A DNA stretch of 58,812 nt from Pseudomonadota bacterium (GTDB lineage Bacteria; Pseudomonadota; Gammaproteobacteria; Burkholderiales; JALYOK01). The translations under genes and the position numbers were made by a program. Below the pieces are notes generated by a model, which saw only the letters and a list, made by a program, of their open reading frames with translations, ran no database searches and was not told where the DNA came from. The DNA is taken from positions 1 through 58,812 of the forward strand of contig JANOLP010000197.1 in NCBI GenBank assembly GCA_031419835.1, given 5' to 3'. Below are positions 37,382 through 48,815 of the stretch, one piece after another. Positions within the stretch are counted from its first letter, which is position 1. Every line of letters begins with the position of its first letter.

Positions 37382-37870
37382 ATGTCGAACGAAATAGTCA
37401 TCGATAGTATCTCGTTCGCTAAGAAAAGCGAATCACTTCAGGGTAAAATAGAACTCGCCCGTTTTGAACGCGCGCGCGAGTCGTTAGCGTCCAGTGACGG
37501 AGAGCTTAACTTTCGTCTGATTGGCAAGTTAGATTTTCGGCGCCGGCCAAACCTAGTTTTATCGATTTCTGGGCAGATTACGTTAACCTGCCAGCGTTGT
37601 TTGGCGGAGTTTCAGCACGAATTGGATATCGAAAGTCGTTTGGTATTGGTTACAAATGAAGCAGAGCTGCCGGACATTGATGATGAAGACCCCGACGTCG
37701 ATGTCGTCGTCGCGAGCGGTAAGTTGAACGTTCTCGAATTGCTTGAGGACGAAATTATTTTGGGTTTACCCATTGCGCCACGGCATGACTACGATTGTGT
37801 TGTGGTTAAAGTAAGTAATTCGGTAGAAGAGTTCGGCCAGCCTTTTGCGAGATTAGGTAAACCGTCTTAA
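37382..37870 (+). CDS. yceD: YceD/DUF177 family protein (large-subunit ribosome-associated)
   Basis: CQRCL motif and acidic C-terminus, immediately upstream of rpmF. ATG 37382 preferred over 37256. Confidence 0.85.
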   Translation: MSNEIVIDSISFAKKSESLQGKIELARFERARESLASSDGELNFRLIGKLDFRRRPNLVLSISGQITLTCQRCLAEFQHELDIESRLVLVTNEAELPDIDDEDPDVDVVVASGKLNVLELLEDEIILGLPIAPRHDYDCVVVKVSNSVEEFGQPFARLGKPS

Positions 37871-37905
37871 AGTATGATTGAAATTGTGATTGAAGGAGTA
37901 ACACC

Positions 37906-38085
37906 ATGGCAGTTCAGCAAAACAAGAAATCGCCGTCGAAACGCGGTATGCATCGATCCCACGATTTTTTGACTAATCCCCCGTTGGCCGTCGAGCCAAC
38001 CACCGGTGAAGTGCACCTGCGGCACCACATCAGCCCAAATGGATTTTATCGCGGTAAGAAAGTCGTCCCGACTAAGGGCGAGTAA
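37906..38085 (+). CDS. rpmF: 50S ribosomal protein L32
   Basis: [20 protein letters not shown]... 59 aa, below the ORF-track cutoff. GAAGGAG Shine-Dalgarno 7 nt upstream. Canonical position between yceD and plsX. Confidence 0.95.
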   Translation: MAVQQNKKSPSKRGMHRSHDFLTNPPLAVEPTTGEVHLRHHISPNGFYRGKKVVPTKGE

Positions 38086-38128
38086 TTGACGTCGGCTAAG
38101 CTCCCTAGATTTACTTGACGATGCGTTT

Positions 38129-39145
38129 GTGACGATTACGGTCGCCATCGATGCGATGGGGGGTGATCATGGTGTGCCGGTCACCGTTGGGGCGGCGTTG
38201 TCCTATCTCAAGCACACGCTGAATACTCGAATTATTCTGGTGGGCGATCAAGTCGCAATTGAAGCGGCACTGGCTGCGACTAAAAATCGCGATGCCGATC
38301 GTTTGCAGGTACAAGCGGCAAGTGAAGTGGTATTAATGGATGAATCCCCTGCGCTGGCATTGCGCAAAAAGAAGGATTCGTCCATGCGTGTTTCGGTTAA
38401 TCTCGTCAAAGAAGGGCGGGCGGATGCCTGCGTGTCCGCCGGAAATACCGGCGCGCTGATGGCGATATCAAGCTTTGTTCTGAAGACGCTGCCTGGCATC
38501 GAACGGCCCGCAATCGCCGCGACATTGCCCACTTATACAGGGCAAACCTTGGTGCTGGATTTGGGTGCGAACGTCAATTGCTCGGCCCAACAATTGCTGC
38601 AATTCGGCGTGATGGGGGCAATGCTTGCCGCTGCCGTCGACGGCAAAGAGCGTCCAACCGTTGGCCTGCTCAATATTGGTGAAGAAGCCATCAAAGGCAA
38701 TGAAGTGGTCAAGGAAGCGGCTGATTTATTGCGTGCGAGTCATTTGAATTTTTATGGCAACGTCGAAGGTGACGATATTTTCAAAGGCACGGTCGATGTG
38801 GTCGTTTGCGACGGCTTTACCGGCAACGTCTTGCTGAAATCGACGGAAGGATTGGCGCGCATTATGGGAACTTTTTTGCGCGAAGAGTTTAGCCGAAACT
38901 TTCTGACTAAACTTTCCAGCATTGTCGCTATTCCGGTCATCAATGCGTTTCGCCGCCGTGTCGATCCGCGTCGCTATAATGGCGCAACGCTGGTGGGTCT
39001 GCGTGGTATTGTCGTAAAAAGTCACGGTTCGGCGGATATGTTTGCATTCGAGACGGCGATAGAGCGAGCCGCCGCAGAAGTTAAGAACGGCGTGCTCAAA
39101 CGCATCGAAGAAATGATGGCGGCACAACAGATTAAGGCTGCATGA
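38129..39145 (+). CDS. plsX: Phosphate acyltransferase PlsX
   Basis: [12 protein letters not shown]-terminus and NTGALMA motif. GTG start. Confidence 0.95.
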   Translation: MTITVAIDAMGGDHGVPVTVGAALSYLKHTLNTRIILVGDQVAIEAALAATKNRDADRLQVQAASEVVLMDESPALALRKKKDSSMRVSVNLVKEGRADACVSAGNTGALMAISSFVLKTLPGIERPAIAATLPTYTGQTLVLDLGANVNCSAQQLLQFGVMGAMLAAAVDGKERPTVGLLNIGEEAIKGNEVVKEAADLLRASHLNFYGNVEGDDIFKGTVDVVVCDGFTGNVLLKSTEGLARIMGTFLREEFSRNFLTKLSSIVAIPVINAFRRRVDPRRYNGATLVGLRGIVVKSHGSADMFAFETAIERAAAEVKNGVLKRIEEMMAAQQIKAA

Positions 39146-40101
39146 GCTTTTCCCGCATCGTCGGGACAGGCTCGTATCTGCCCGAGAAAAAACTCTCCAA
39201 TCGCGATCTAGAATCCATAGTCGAGACGTCCGACGAATGGATCTACACGCGCACCGGTATTCGCAATCGACATATCGCGGCCGATAATGAGACGACGAGC
39301 GATCTCGCGCTGAAGGCGAGTCAACGCGCTATCGAAGCGGCTAGGATCGATCCGCATGAGATTGATCTCATTATCATTGCGACCTCTACGCCGGACATGA
39401 TTTTTCCCAGCACGGCGTGTCTGTTACAAGCCAAGCTCGGCATCAAAGGTGGCGCCGCGTTCGATATTCAGGCGGTATGCACTGGATTCATTTACGCATT
39501 AGCGACAGCTGATAGTTTTATTCGTTCTGGGCAACATCGCTGTGCGCTGGTTGTCGGTGCTGAGATATTCTCGCGAATCTTAGACTGGAACGATCGTGGC
39601 ACCTGCGTGTTGTTCGGTGATGGTGCCGGCGCGGTTGTGCTGAAGTCGAGTGAGACGCCGGGTGTTTTGTCTAGCCATCTTCACGCCGATGGTTCTTATG
39701 CCAGTATTCTTTGTACACCTGGATCCATAAAGAATGGCGCAGTGACAGGCGAGCCGTTTTTGAAGATGGAAGGTAATAGCGTCTTTCGCTTGGCAGTCAA
39801 TGTACTCGATGATGTCGGCCGCGAAGCGCTTGCGGCGAATAATATCGGCATTGATAAAATCGACTGGTTCATCGCGCATCAAGCGAACATTCGCATCATT
39901 CACGCAACGGCGAAGAAGCTTGGCTTACCACTAGAACGTGTCATCGTCACTGTCGAAGATCACGGCAATACATCGGCGGCGTCGATTCCATTGGCGCTTG
40001 ATGTTGCGGTCGGCGACGGACGCATTAAGCCCGGTCAGCATGTTTTGCTTGAAGGTGTCGGCGGTGGATTTACTTGGGGTTCGGTATTATTGAAGATGTA
40101 A
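39142..40101 (+). CDS. fabH: 3-oxoacyl-ACP synthase III
   Basis: Catalytic Cys context [22 protein letters not shown] and GNTSAAS. Confidence 0.95.
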   Translation: MSFSRIVGTGSYLPEKKLSNRDLESIVETSDEWIYTRTGIRNRHIAADNETTSDLALKASQRAIEAARIDPHEIDLIIIATSTPDMIFPSTACLLQAKLGIKGGAAFDIQAVCTGFIYALATADSFIRSGQHRCALVVGAEIFSRILDWNDRGTCVLFGDGAGAVVLKSSETPGVLSSHLHADGSYASILCTPGSIKNGAVTGEPFLKMEGNSVFRLAVNVLDDVGREALAANNIGIDKIDWFIAHQANIRIIHATAKKLGLPLERVIVTVEDHGNTSAASIPLALDVAVGDGRIKPGQHVLLEGVGGGFTWGSVLLKM

Positions 40102-40107
40102 TGTGAA

Positions 40108-41043
40108 ATGACTAACAGCGCATTCGTTTTTCCTGGCCAAGGTTCACAAAGCGTCGGCATGATGGCGGCGTTCGGTGATGCGCCGGTCATCAAAGAGACT
40201 TTTGTTGAAGCATCGGATTTGTTGCAGATTGATCTTTGGAAAATGGCGATCGAAGGCCCGGCCGAAGACATGGCGCAGACCGTAAACACACAGCCATTGA
40301 TGTTGACGGCGGGAATCGCAATATGGCGGTTATGGCGTAACGCCGGTGGCGCGATGCCGTCGTTTTTTGCCGGACACAGCCTCGGCGAATACAGTGCGTT
40401 GGTTGCGGCAGGCGTGATCCCCTTTGCTGACGCGGTACCATTAGTTCGATATCGTGCCGAGGCAATGCAAGACGCCGTACCCGCAGGACAGGGCGGTATC
40501 GCTGCGATCTTAGGTCTGGACGACGAGGCCGTGAAGGCGGCTTGTGCCGAAGCAGCTCAAGGCGAAATAGTTGAACTCGCTAACTTTAATTCGCCGGGGC
40601 AAATTGTGATTTCCGGATCGCGCGCGGCCGTGGAGCGCGCTATTGACGCTGCGAAGGCAAAGGGTGCGAAGCGCGCGATGATGTTGGCCATGAGTGTGCC
40701 AGCGCATAGTTCTTTAATGCGTCCGGCGGCGGCGAAGCTGCGACTGCGCATTGATTCGTTAAATTTTTCGCCGCCGACGGCGCCGGTGATTCAGAATTTT
40801 GATGTGAAAAGTTTTAATGATCCAGCGATAATTAAGGACGCTTTGGTACGTCAGCTTTCCGGGCCGGTTCGTTGGATTGAAACCATAACGGCATTCGCGG
40901 ATGCTGGTGCGACGCACGTCGTTGAATGTGGGCCGGGCAGGGTGCTGGCAGGATTGAATAAACGCATCGACGATCGTCTACAGAGTTTGTCGATTCACGA
41001 CAAGGCGTCATTGGATGCTGCACTGGCGACGTTGAATGGATAG
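40108..41043 (+). CDS. fabD: Malonyl-CoA:ACP transacylase
   Basis: FVFPGQGSQ and GHSLGEYSAL motifs. Confidence 0.95.
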   Translation: MTNSAFVFPGQGSQSVGMMAAFGDAPVIKETFVEASDLLQIDLWKMAIEGPAEDMAQTVNTQPLMLTAGIAIWRLWRNAGGAMPSFFAGHSLGEYSALVAAGVIPFADAVPLVRYRAEAMQDAVPAGQGGIAAILGLDDEAVKAACAEAAQGEIVELANFNSPGQIVISGSRAAVERAIDAAKAKGAKRAMMLAMSVPAHSSLMRPAAAKLRLRIDSLNFSPPTAPVIQNFDVKSFNDPAIIKDALVRQLSGPVRWIETITAFADAGATHVVECGPGRVLAGLNKRIDDRLQSLSIHDKASLDAALATLNG

Positions 41044-41047
41044 TGCG

Positions 41048-41791
41048 ATGACATTGGAACGTCAGGTTGCCTTGGTTACGGGCGCAAGCCGTGGCATTGG
41101 TCAAGGCATTGCGAAGCATTTGGCAAAGCACGGTGCGATGGTATTCGGGACAGCAACATCGGAAAATGGTGCTGCGGCGATCAGCCAATACCTTTCCGAA
41201 ATCGGTAACAACGGCCGTGGTTTTGTCCTCGATGTCAACGATGCCGCCGGCGTCAATGCTTTGATCGACAACATTCAGAAAGAATTTGGCGCAATTCTCA
41301 TTCTTGTGAACAATGCGGGGATCACACGCGATAATTTGTTGATGCGCATGGGCGATGCCGAGTGGGACGATATTATCGATACTAATTTGCGCTCGGTATT
41401 TCGTTTATCGCGTGCCGTGATGCGGGGCATGATGAAAGCGCGAGCAGGCCGTATTATCAATATTTCTTCTGTGGTCGGCGCGGCCGGAAATGGCGGTCAG
41501 ACGAACTATGCCGCCGCTAAGGCCGGCATGATTGGTTTTACCAAGGCACTTGCAAGAGAAGTTGGCAGTCGCAATATCACGGTGAATTGTGTTGCGCCCG
41601 GATTTATCGATACGGATATGACGCGTGCCTTAACCGAAGAACAGCATAAGGCGTTACTGGGTAGCATCCCTTTAGGTCGATTAGGGTCGGTTGATGACAT
41701 TGCAGCAGCAGTGGCCTATCTTGCGTCGTCGGCAGCAGGTTACGTTACCGGAACGACGCTGCACGTTAACGGCGGCATGTATATGGGCTAG
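41048..41791 (+). CDS. fabG: 3-oxoacyl-ACP reductase
   Basis: TGASRGIG, NNAG, YAAAKAG and HVNGGMYM. Confidence 0.95.
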   Translation: MTLERQVALVTGASRGIGQGIAKHLAKHGAMVFGTATSENGAAAISQYLSEIGNNGRGFVLDVNDAAGVNALIDNIQKEFGAILILVNNAGITRDNLLMRMGDAEWDDIIDTNLRSVFRLSRAVMRGMMKARAGRIINISSVVGAAGNGGQTNYAAAKAGMIGFTKALAREVGSRNITVNCVAPGFIDTDMTRALTEEQHKALLGSIPLGRLGSVDDIAAAVAYLASSAAGYVTGTTLHVNGGMYMG

Positions 41792-41882
41792 GCGAATTAA
41801 GTAATCGTTAGTTATCACAAATTTACGGTTTGATTCTGATAAAATATGGAAGTTTTTCTCTACACTTGGGAAGGTTAATGAG

Positions 41883-42122
41883 ATGGAAAATATTGAGCAA
41901 CGCGTTAAAAAAATTGTCGCTGAGCAACTTGGTGTCAACGAAAGCGAAATCAAAATAGAATCTTCGTTCGTGAACGATTTAGGTGCCGACTCGCTCGACA
42001 CCGTTGAATTAGTGATGGCGTTGGAAGAGGAATTTGAAACAGAGATTCCCGATGAAGAAGCCGAGAAAATCACCACGGTACAACAGGCGATTAACTACAT
42101 TCAATCTCACGTTAAAGCGTGA
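41883..42122 (+). CDS. acpP: Acyl carrier protein
   Basis: [20 protein letters not shown] phosphopantetheine site. 79 aa. Confidence 0.97.
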   Translation: MENIEQRVKKIVAEQLGVNESEIKIESSFVNDLGADSLDTVELVMALEEEFETEIPDEEAEKITTVQQAINYIQSHVKA

Positions 42123-42182
42123 TGGTTTGCTGCTTGCGAGTAGTCTCAATCGATCAATAATTCGAATCCAAGAGAGTTTCAT

Positions 42183-43421
42183 TTGTCTCGACGGCGCGTT
42201 GTTGTTACCGGCCTTGGAATAGTTTGTCCTGTGGGAAACACGGTCGCGGAAGCCTGGGCGAGTATCATTGCAGGCCGCTCCGGGATCGACACCATTACAC
42301 GCTTTGATGCATCGCCTTACGCCTCGCAAATTGCCGGCGAGGTAAAGGGCTTTGCGATCGATTCGTACCTATCGCCGAAAGAGGCGCGCCGTATGGATAC
42401 CTTTATCCATTACGGTATTGCAGCGGGCGTTCAGGCCTTAAAAGATTCTGGCCTAGAAGTCTCGCCCGCCAACGCTGAACGGATCGGTGTCAACATCGGT
42501 TCGGGGATTGGCGGAATCGTGATGATTCAAGAAACCCATAACGCCCTCTTGCAAGGCGGGCCACGAAAAATTTCGCCATTTTTTGTGCCCGGGTCGATTA
42601 TCAACATGACTTCCGGTTACCTTTCAATCATGTTTGGGTTGAAGGGTCCAAATCTAGCGAGTGTTTCTGCCTGCACGACAGCGAATCACAGTATTGGCGA
42701 ATCGGCACGATCGATTAGTTATGGCGATGCCGACGTGATGATCGCAGGCGGTTCCGAAGCTGCTGTTGCGACGTTAACGATCGGCGGATTTTCGGCCGCG
42801 CGCGCGTTATCGACGCGCAATGACGATCCGCAAACGGCAAGCCGGCCGTGGGACACCGGGCGCGATGGCTTTGTCTTGGGGGAGGGTGCCGGTGTTCTGG
42901 TGCTTGAAGAATACGAATTTGCGAAAGCTCGCGGTGCGCGTATTTACGCTGAGCTAGCGGGTTTTGGTATGAGTGCAGATGCCTACCATATGACATCCCC
43001 AGCCGAAGATGGCGAGGGCGCAGCGCGCTGTATGAATAACGCGTTGAAAGACGCCGGGCTAACCCATGCCGATGTCGATTACATCAATGCCCATGGCACC
43101 TCGACTCCGCTTGGTGACGTCGCCGAGACCGTTGCGATCAAGCGTTGTTTCGGTGATCAAGCCGCAAAGCTTGCGGTTAGTTCGACGAAGTCCAGTACTG
43201 GACATTTGTTGGGCGCTGCCGGTGGTGTTGAGGCCGTGTTTACCTTGTTGGGTATGCAGCATCAGATCGCGCCGCCCACGATCAATTTGCAAAACCAAGA
43301 TCCCGCTTGTGATCTGGATTTTGTGCCGAATGTAGCGCGCCCCATGAAAATAGACGTCGCGATGTCGAACTCATTCGGGTTCGGCGGCACGAATGGTACG
43401 CTCATATTCAAGCGCGTTTAA
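42183..43421 (+). CDS. fabF: 3-oxoacyl-ACP synthase II
   Basis: SACTT active-site Cys, NAHGTSTP and [12 protein letters not shown] start. Confidence 0.95.
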   Translation: MSRRRVVVTGLGIVCPVGNTVAEAWASIIAGRSGIDTITRFDASPYASQIAGEVKGFAIDSYLSPKEARRMDTFIHYGIAAGVQALKDSGLEVSPANAERIGVNIGSGIGGIVMIQETHNALLQGGPRKISPFFVPGSIINMTSGYLSIMFGLKGPNLASVSACTTANHSIGESARSISYGDADVMIAGGSEAAVATLTIGGFSAARALSTRNDDPQTASRPWDTGRDGFVLGEGAGVLVLEEYEFAKARGARIYAELAGFGMSADAYHMTSPAEDGEGAARCMNNALKDAGLTHADVDYINAHGTSTPLGDVAETVAIKRCFGDQAAKLAVSSTKSSTGHLLGAAGGVEAVFTLLGMQHQIAPPTINLQNQDPACDLDFVPNVARPMKIDVAMSNSFGFGGTNGTLIFKRV

Positions 43422-43707
43422 TCCATCTTTTTCTGCGTTAGGCCACTGACGCTATTCAATTGTTAAAGCCAACGACAACGACTTAATTTTGTACTGCGTT
43501 AGATTTTTGCTGTGGTATTCATTGCGCCGAATTCCGAAAGAATGGCTTTGCGGGGCTGCGTCGCGATAGAATAATTAAAATCGGGAGTCATACCGGCATC
43601 TCGAAAAAGTAAGATAGGTCGAATGGAATTCGAATCCGGGGGAGTTGAAGCGGTGTTAGTGTGCCATGGTTCGATCGATGATCGGCTAATTGATACTCGC
43701 GACTCAT

Positions 43708-44700
43708 ATGATCGCTAAGCTGCGTTCGTTGGTCATTCTGTTATTACTCGCGGCGCTCGCCGGGGCAGGATGGCTGTATCACTTCGCGCATCGAGAATTA
43801 TCGCTGCCTGCGTCGCCGTTCCAGTTCGATTTAAAGCCCGGTAGCACTATGAAAACAGTCGCCCGGCAACTTACTCAATCCCAGGTGTTGAGCGAGCCAT
43901 GGAGCTTTATTGCCCTTGCCCGAGTGTTGGGAAAAGGCGCGCAGATTAAAGCCGGCGAGTATGAAATCGATCGAAATCCCACACCGCTCGCACTGCTTGC
44001 CTTGTTCGCCAAAGGCCAACAGGCTGAGCAGGTTGCAGTGCAATTCATTGAGGGACATACCTTCGCAGACATGCGTAAAGTGTTGGATCAGCACCCGGCG
44101 TTAAAGCATGACAGCAAAAATCTTTCGGAGATCGAAATTCTGCGCGAAGTGGGTAGTATTGAGACCAAAGCCGAGGGCTTATTTTTCCCCGATACCTATT
44201 TGGTTATACCTGGGACAAGCGATTTAAAGCTTTTGCAACGGGCTTACAAAGCGATGCAAGATCGGTTAGCGAGCGCTTGGGAGACTCGTGATACGTCGGT
44301 TCCCTTTACGGAACCCTACCAAGCGCTGATTATGGCGTCGATCGTTGAGAAGGAAACCGGTCAACCGAGCGAGCGACCGTTGATCGCATCGGTGTTCATT
44401 AATCGGCTGAAAAAGCGCATGCTGTTACAAACCGATCCGACGGTGATTTATGGGATGGGCGATCGTTATAGCGGCAATATCCGTAAAGCCGATTTACAGC
44501 GCGATACGCCGTACAACACCTACACTCGCGCGGGTATGCCGCCCACGCCGATCGCGATGCCGGGCATCGCGGCGATCAACGCGGCGTTAAATCCGGCGAC
44601 GTCAAACGCGCTTTACTTCGTTGCAAAAGGCGATGGCAGTCATGAGTTTTCGGCAAATTTGCTCGACCACAATCGCGCCGTGAACAAATACCAACGCTAA
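43708..44700 (+). CDS. mltG: Endolytic murein transglycosylase MltG
   Basis: N-terminal TM helix and YceG-like core (IMASIVEKET, DPTVIYG, YNTYTRAGMPPTPIAMPG). Confidence 0.9.
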   Translation: MIAKLRSLVILLLLAALAGAGWLYHFAHRELSLPASPFQFDLKPGSTMKTVARQLTQSQVLSEPWSFIALARVLGKGAQIKAGEYEIDRNPTPLALLALFAKGQQAEQVAVQFIEGHTFADMRKVLDQHPALKHDSKNLSEIEILREVGSIETKAEGLFFPDTYLVIPGTSDLKLLQRAYKAMQDRLASAWETRDTSVPFTEPYQALIMASIVEKETGQPSERPLIASVFINRLKKRMLLQTDPTVIYGMGDRYSGNIRKADLQRDTPYNTYTRAGMPPTPIAMPGIAAINAALNPATSNALYFVAKGDGSHEFSANLLDHNRAVNKYQR

Positions 44701-44703
44701 TTG

Positions 44704-45312
44704 ATGCGCGGCAAATTCATTACGCTAGAGGGAATTGACGGCGCGGGCAAAAGCACGCACCTAAGCTATTTGACTGAGCTAGTGCGTGGCCTTGGCCATG
44801 GCGTGGTGCAAACGCGCGAACCCGGTGGCACACCGTTAGGAGAAAAAGTACGCGCATTGGTGCTAAGCGAGCCAATGCACGCGGAAACCGAGACGTTGTT
44901 GATGTTCGCGGCAAGACGAGAGCATATTGCAACAGTCATTGAGCCAGCGCTCGCCCGCGGTGACTGGGTGATTTCAGATCGATTTACCGACGCTAGCTTC
45001 GCCTATCAGGGCGGCGGCCGCGGTGTTCCGGAAAGTAAAATCGGTCTGCTGGAAGAGTGGGCACAAGGCAAACTTTCTCCAGACCTGACACTGTTATTCG
45101 ATCTTGATACGGCAGCAGCAAAAGAACGGCAATCAAAAGCAGGGCTGAACCCGGATCGCTTCGAACAGCAAAAGCGCGATTTTTTCGATTCTGTGCGCGC
45201 TAAATATCTTTCCCGCGCGAAGCAATTCCCTGTTCGAATTCGCTTGATTGATTCATCGAAGTCAATTTCAGACATTCAAGTCGAAATTAAAAAATACATT
45301 TTATCGATATGA
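44704..45312 (+). CDS. tmk: Thymidylate kinase
   Basis: [15 protein letters not shown]-loop and [12 protein letters not shown]. Confidence 0.9.
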   Translation: MRGKFITLEGIDGAGKSTHLSYLTELVRGLGHGVVQTREPGGTPLGEKVRALVLSEPMHAETETLLMFAARREHIATVIEPALARGDWVISDRFTDASFAYQGGGRGVPESKIGLLEEWAQGKLSPDLTLLFDLDTAAAKERQSKAGLNPDRFEQQKRDFFDSVRAKYLSRAKQFPVRIRLIDSSKSISDIQVEIKKYILSI

Positions 45313-46310
45313 ATTTATTAAATTGGCAAGAGCCGATCTGGGAAAATTTGTGGCAACCGGGAATCGAGCGCTTTCCCCACGCTCTGCTGTTGGTCGGCAA
45401 TGCAGGCATAGGCAAGCTCGCGTTCGCGAAGGCGCTTTCCCAGAGTTTGTTATGCCAACATCGTAGCGGCGCAAATCAGCCTTGCGGTGAATGTTCGGCT
45501 TGCCATTTTTTTCAGCAAAACGCGCATCCGGATTTCCGCTTAGTGGCGCCCCAAGCGGATGAGGAATCACAAGATTCCGTGGAAGCCAAGGAAAAGAAAG
45601 CGAGTGAATTAATTACTATTCACCAAATTAGAGAACTAGGAGAATTTGTTAGTCTGACGTCGCATCAAAATGGTCACCGCGTTATTTTGATTACCAAAGC
45701 CGAACAGCTAAATCTAAATGCGGCAAACGCGCTTTTGAAAATGCTTGAAGAACCGCCGCCGCAGACAATTTTCGTTCTGGTGGCAAACCATTTGAGCCGT
45801 ATCCTTCCGACCATTCGGAGTCGTTGTCGATTATTGAAAATGCCCATGCCAAGTCCCGCGCAAGCTAGTGCGTGGCTCAGTGCCCAGCAGTGCCCGGAGC
45901 CCGATCTAAACTTGGCGCTTGCCGGACGCGCGCCGCTTGATGCCCTTGCAAACGGCGAAAATTCCGAATGGCAAGCTCAGCGAAAACGTTTCTGCGATGT
46001 ATTGGCGCGGTCGACCGAGGGTGATGCGATTAGTCTCGCCGAATCAGTACTAAAAATTGCACCTGTTACCGTCCTTGGTTGGTTACAAACTTGGATTTAC
46101 GATCTGGTGAGCTTGAAAATCACCCAAGAAAATCGCTATCACCTGGATCAATCCAAGGTGCAAATAAACTTAAATAAAAACTTTCGATTGATTGAATTAT
46201 TGAATTTTAATTCGGAACTGAATGCAGCGAAGCGTTTGATTCATCATCCCTTGAATCCAAAACTATTTTGGGAATTTTTATTTATCAAATACTTTAAATT
46301 ATTTTCATAA
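45309..46310 (+). CDS. holB: DNA polymerase III delta' subunit
   Basis: GNAGIGK P-loop-like segment, Zn module [10 protein letters not shown], and [11 protein letters not shown]. Start overlaps the tmk stop. Confidence 0.85.
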   Translation: MNLLNWQEPIWENLWQPGIERFPHALLLVGNAGIGKLAFAKALSQSLLCQHRSGANQPCGECSACHFFQQNAHPDFRLVAPQADEESQDSVEAKEKKASELITIHQIRELGEFVSLTSHQNGHRVILITKAEQLNLNAANALLKMLEEPPPQTIFVLVANHLSRILPTIRSRCRLLKMPMPSPAQASAWLSAQQCPEPDLNLALAGRAPLDALANGENSEWQAQRKRFCDVLARSTEGDAISLAESVLKIAPVTVLGWLQTWIYDLVSLKITQENRYHLDQSKVQINLNKNFRLIELLNFNSELNAAKRLIHHPLNPKLFWEFLFIKYFKLFS

Positions 46311-46323
46311 TGTTTAGATAAAC

Positions 46324-47094
46324 ATGTTCGTCGATTCCCATTGCCATATTGATTTCCCTGAGTTAGTCGCGCAACAGCAATCACTGTTTGAAAACATGCG
46401 CGAAGCCAAGGTCACGCACGCGCTATGTGTGAGCGTAAATCTCGCCGACTGGCCGCGAGTCCATGCGCTGGCAACAACTTACGACAATTTATTTGCATCC
46501 GTTGGTGTTCATCCCGATCACGCCCCTGACGCTGAGGCGCTCACCGAAGCCGAATTACTTTCACGTGCTGCGATGTCGCGCGTGGTGGCTATTGGCGAAA
46601 CCGGTTTGGATTATTATCGGCTCACCGGCGATTTGTCGTGGCAGCGTGAGCGTTTTCGCACCCACATTGGCGCGGCCAAAACCTGCGCAAAGCCGTTAAT
46701 TATCCATACACGAGCTGCGGCTGCCGACACCATTGCGATTATGACCGAGGAAGACGCCGGTTCTGTTGGCGGTGTGATGCACTGTTTTACAGAAGCGTGG
46801 GATGTCGCGAAAGCCGCGCTGGACCTGGGCTTTTACATTTCTTTCTCGGGCATCATTACATTCAAAAACGCCAGCGATTTACGTGAGGTCGTGCGCCAGG
46901 TGCCGTTAGATCGATTGTTGATCGAAACTGATTCACCTTACCTGGCGCCAATGCCACATCGCGGCAAGATGAATCAGCCGGCGTATGTAAAGCACGTGGC
47001 GGAATGCGTTAGTACGATAAAAAATATGCCCTTAGAAACTATTGCCGATGTCACGAGCAAGAATTTTTTTACGCTTTTTCGTGATGCAAATTGA
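46324..47094 (+). CDS. TatD-family metal-dependent hydrolase (YcfH-like)
   Basis: DSHCHIDF, GETGLDYY, IHTR and ETDSPYLAP motifs. Confidence 0.9.
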   Translation: MFVDSHCHIDFPELVAQQQSLFENMREAKVTHALCVSVNLADWPRVHALATTYDNLFASVGVHPDHAPDAEALTEAELLSRAAMSRVVAIGETGLDYYRLTGDLSWQRERFRTHIGAAKTCAKPLIIHTRAAAADTIAIMTEEDAGSVGGVMHCFTEAWDVAKAALDLGFYISFSGIITFKNASDLREVVRQVPLDRLLIETDSPYLAPMPHRGKMNQPAYVKHVAECVSTIKNMPLETIADVTSKNFFTLFRDAN

Positions 47095-47144
47095 AACCTA
47101 AACCCAGCGCCCGGTGCTAATTCCGGCAAATCGCTTTAAATTTT

Positions 47145-47717
47145 TTATGGCGCCGGCACGGCTGGAATTTTTTGTCTGCGTGATTTCCATTTTCGCAAAA
47201 CCAGCCAACGCCAACCGAGTTGCACGGTGAAATAGCCGATCACCGCAAACAACGTGGATTGAATCGCGAGGCCAATGAGGAGGGTATCGCCAAGCGAATA
47301 GATCCAGAAAAATGCTTGCTTGATCATTTCAACCATACCGAGTGCTTCAAATTCTGCAATGGGTGGTGGTGGTGCCGTTGTGCCGGTGGCGAGAGCGCCG
47401 ATCTTGTACGCGAGAATGTATAGCGGGATGAAAGTAATCGGATTGGTGTAAAAAGTCGTCAGCGCCGCCACCGCTAAATTCGCCCGGAATGCAATCGCAA
47501 ACGCCGCGGCGCTAAGTATTTGAAACGGACCCGGAACCAAACCCGTTATCAACCCAATTGCTACGCCCCTCGCAACGGAATGGCGATTCAAATGCCACAG
47601 ACTCGGGCGCGTCAAAGCACGCCCGAATACGCGCAAAAAGCGGTTGGCTTCAATCGCCTCCACGTTGGGCAAATATTTTCTTAACCAACCTTTGTTCACA
47701 TCAATCTCAGTGTGCAC
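47145..47717 (-). CDS. DUF2062 family membrane protein
   Basis: 190 aa with WHLNRHSVARGVAIGLITGLVPGPFQ followed by TM segments. Confidence 0.75.
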   Translation of the reverse strand: MHTEIDVNKGWLRKYLPNVEAIEANRFLRVFGRALTRPSLWHLNRHSVARGVAIGLITGLVPGPFQILSAAAFAIAFRANLAVAALTTFYTNPITFIPLYILAYKIGALATGTTAPPPPIAEFEALGMVEMIKQAFFWIYSLGDTLLIGLAIQSTLFAVIGYFTVQLGWRWLVLRKWKSRRQKIPAVPAP

Positions 47718-47796
47718 TCACGGTGCGTAAAGTTGCGATCCTGTGTTGGGTCATCGCCAACGTTGCTGCGATTTGCCAGGACGCTCAGATGAAATT

Positions 47797-48807
47797 TCAG
47801 AGCTTCACACCTGCGGCCTTGTAGCTGGCTTCCATCAATTTCAACGTTTCCAAATTATCCAAACGATCGGTTGGGAACGGTTCGCCGGTTCGTAGTCCAT
47901 GGACAAAACTTCGGATACATTCGGTCCAACAGATCTGATAATTTTTGACGAGGTCGTACCTTAGCGGCGCTTCTTCGGCACCCACAATGTAGAGCCGATC
48001 GGCATCGTAAACTAAGGTGCCTTTGGAGCCGACAATTTCTAAGCGATCGGTAGGCAGTGGTGGGTATCCAGGCGCGGAAACATTGCCATCTAGCACGGCG
48101 GTCATGCCATTCTCGCCGCGCAGCACGATATGCGCGAGATCTTCGCCGGCGAGCGTGGAATTGGTTTTGCCGACACCGGCCTGCAACACCGTGAGCGGGC
48201 CGAGCAGGGCGCGCATCGCGTCAAGCTGATGAATAAATATCTCGAAAATCGCTAATCGCGTGAAGTGTTGCATGTAGGGTTGACGCTTTAACAGCGGTGG
48301 CGCCTCATCGGTCAGTGAAATGAGGCCGGAGCTGCGCGTGGTCATGCGTGCGTGACGAATTTCGCCGATTTTTCCCTCAGCAAGCCAGCGTTTGACATCT
48401 TGATAATGAGGGCGAAAGCGATAGTGTTCGTGCACCATAAAACGCACGCGTTCGCCGACGTACTTGATTAGTTTTTGTGCATCTTTTACCGTCGGCGTCA
48501 CGGGTTTTTGGCAGGAAACATGCACACCTCGATCAGCGGCGATCATCGCCAATTTCGCGTGTGTGCCCACGGGCGTCGCGATGTCAACCGCGTCGGGTTT
48601 CACTTGAGACAACATGGTATCGAAATCGGCGTACACCGCCGGAATGCCAAAGGCTTTTGCCTGCGCTTGTGCTTTTTCGACGAGCGGATCGCAAATCGCA
48701 ACGACTTGGCAATTCGCCATCTGTTGCCAGCCGATGAGATGGAAACCGCTAATCGCGCCGGCGCCAGCGAAGGCAATGCGTAGCGTTCTTTCGCCGATCG
48801 GTTCCAT
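47797..48807 (-). CDS. Gfo/Idh/MocA family oxidoreductase
   Basis: N-terminal Rossmann fold IAFAGAGAISGFH and the CQKP motif typical of the family. Confidence 0.85.
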   Translation of the reverse strand: MEPIGERTLRIAFAGAGAISGFHLIGWQQMANCQVVAICDPLVEKAQAQAKAFGIPAVYADFDTMLSQVKPDAVDIATPVGTHAKLAMIAADRGVHVSCQKPVTPTVKDAQKLIKYVGERVRFMVHEHYRFRPHYQDVKRWLAEGKIGEIRHARMTTRSSGLISLTDEAPPLLKRQPYMQHFTRLAIFEIFIHQLDAMRALLGPLTVLQAGVGKTNSTLAGEDLAHIVLRGENGMTAVLDGNVSAPGYPPLPTDRLEIVGSKGTLVYDADRLYIVGAEEAPLRYDLVKNYQICWTECIRSFVHGLRTGEPFPTDRLDNLETLKLMEASYKAAGVKL

Positions 48808-48815
48808 GTATTGGG

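Noticed and set aside
37867-38148. 93-aa minus-strand ORF from the ORF track.
   Set aside because: It lies antisense to an unmistakable rpmF (L32, 37906-38085) that fell below the track's length cutoff.
43610-43690. tRNA-like T-loop sequence (TTCGAATCC at 43629-43637) in the fabF-mltG gap.
   Set aside because: The flanking bases do not form a T-stem, and no acceptor or anticodon arms can be drawn.
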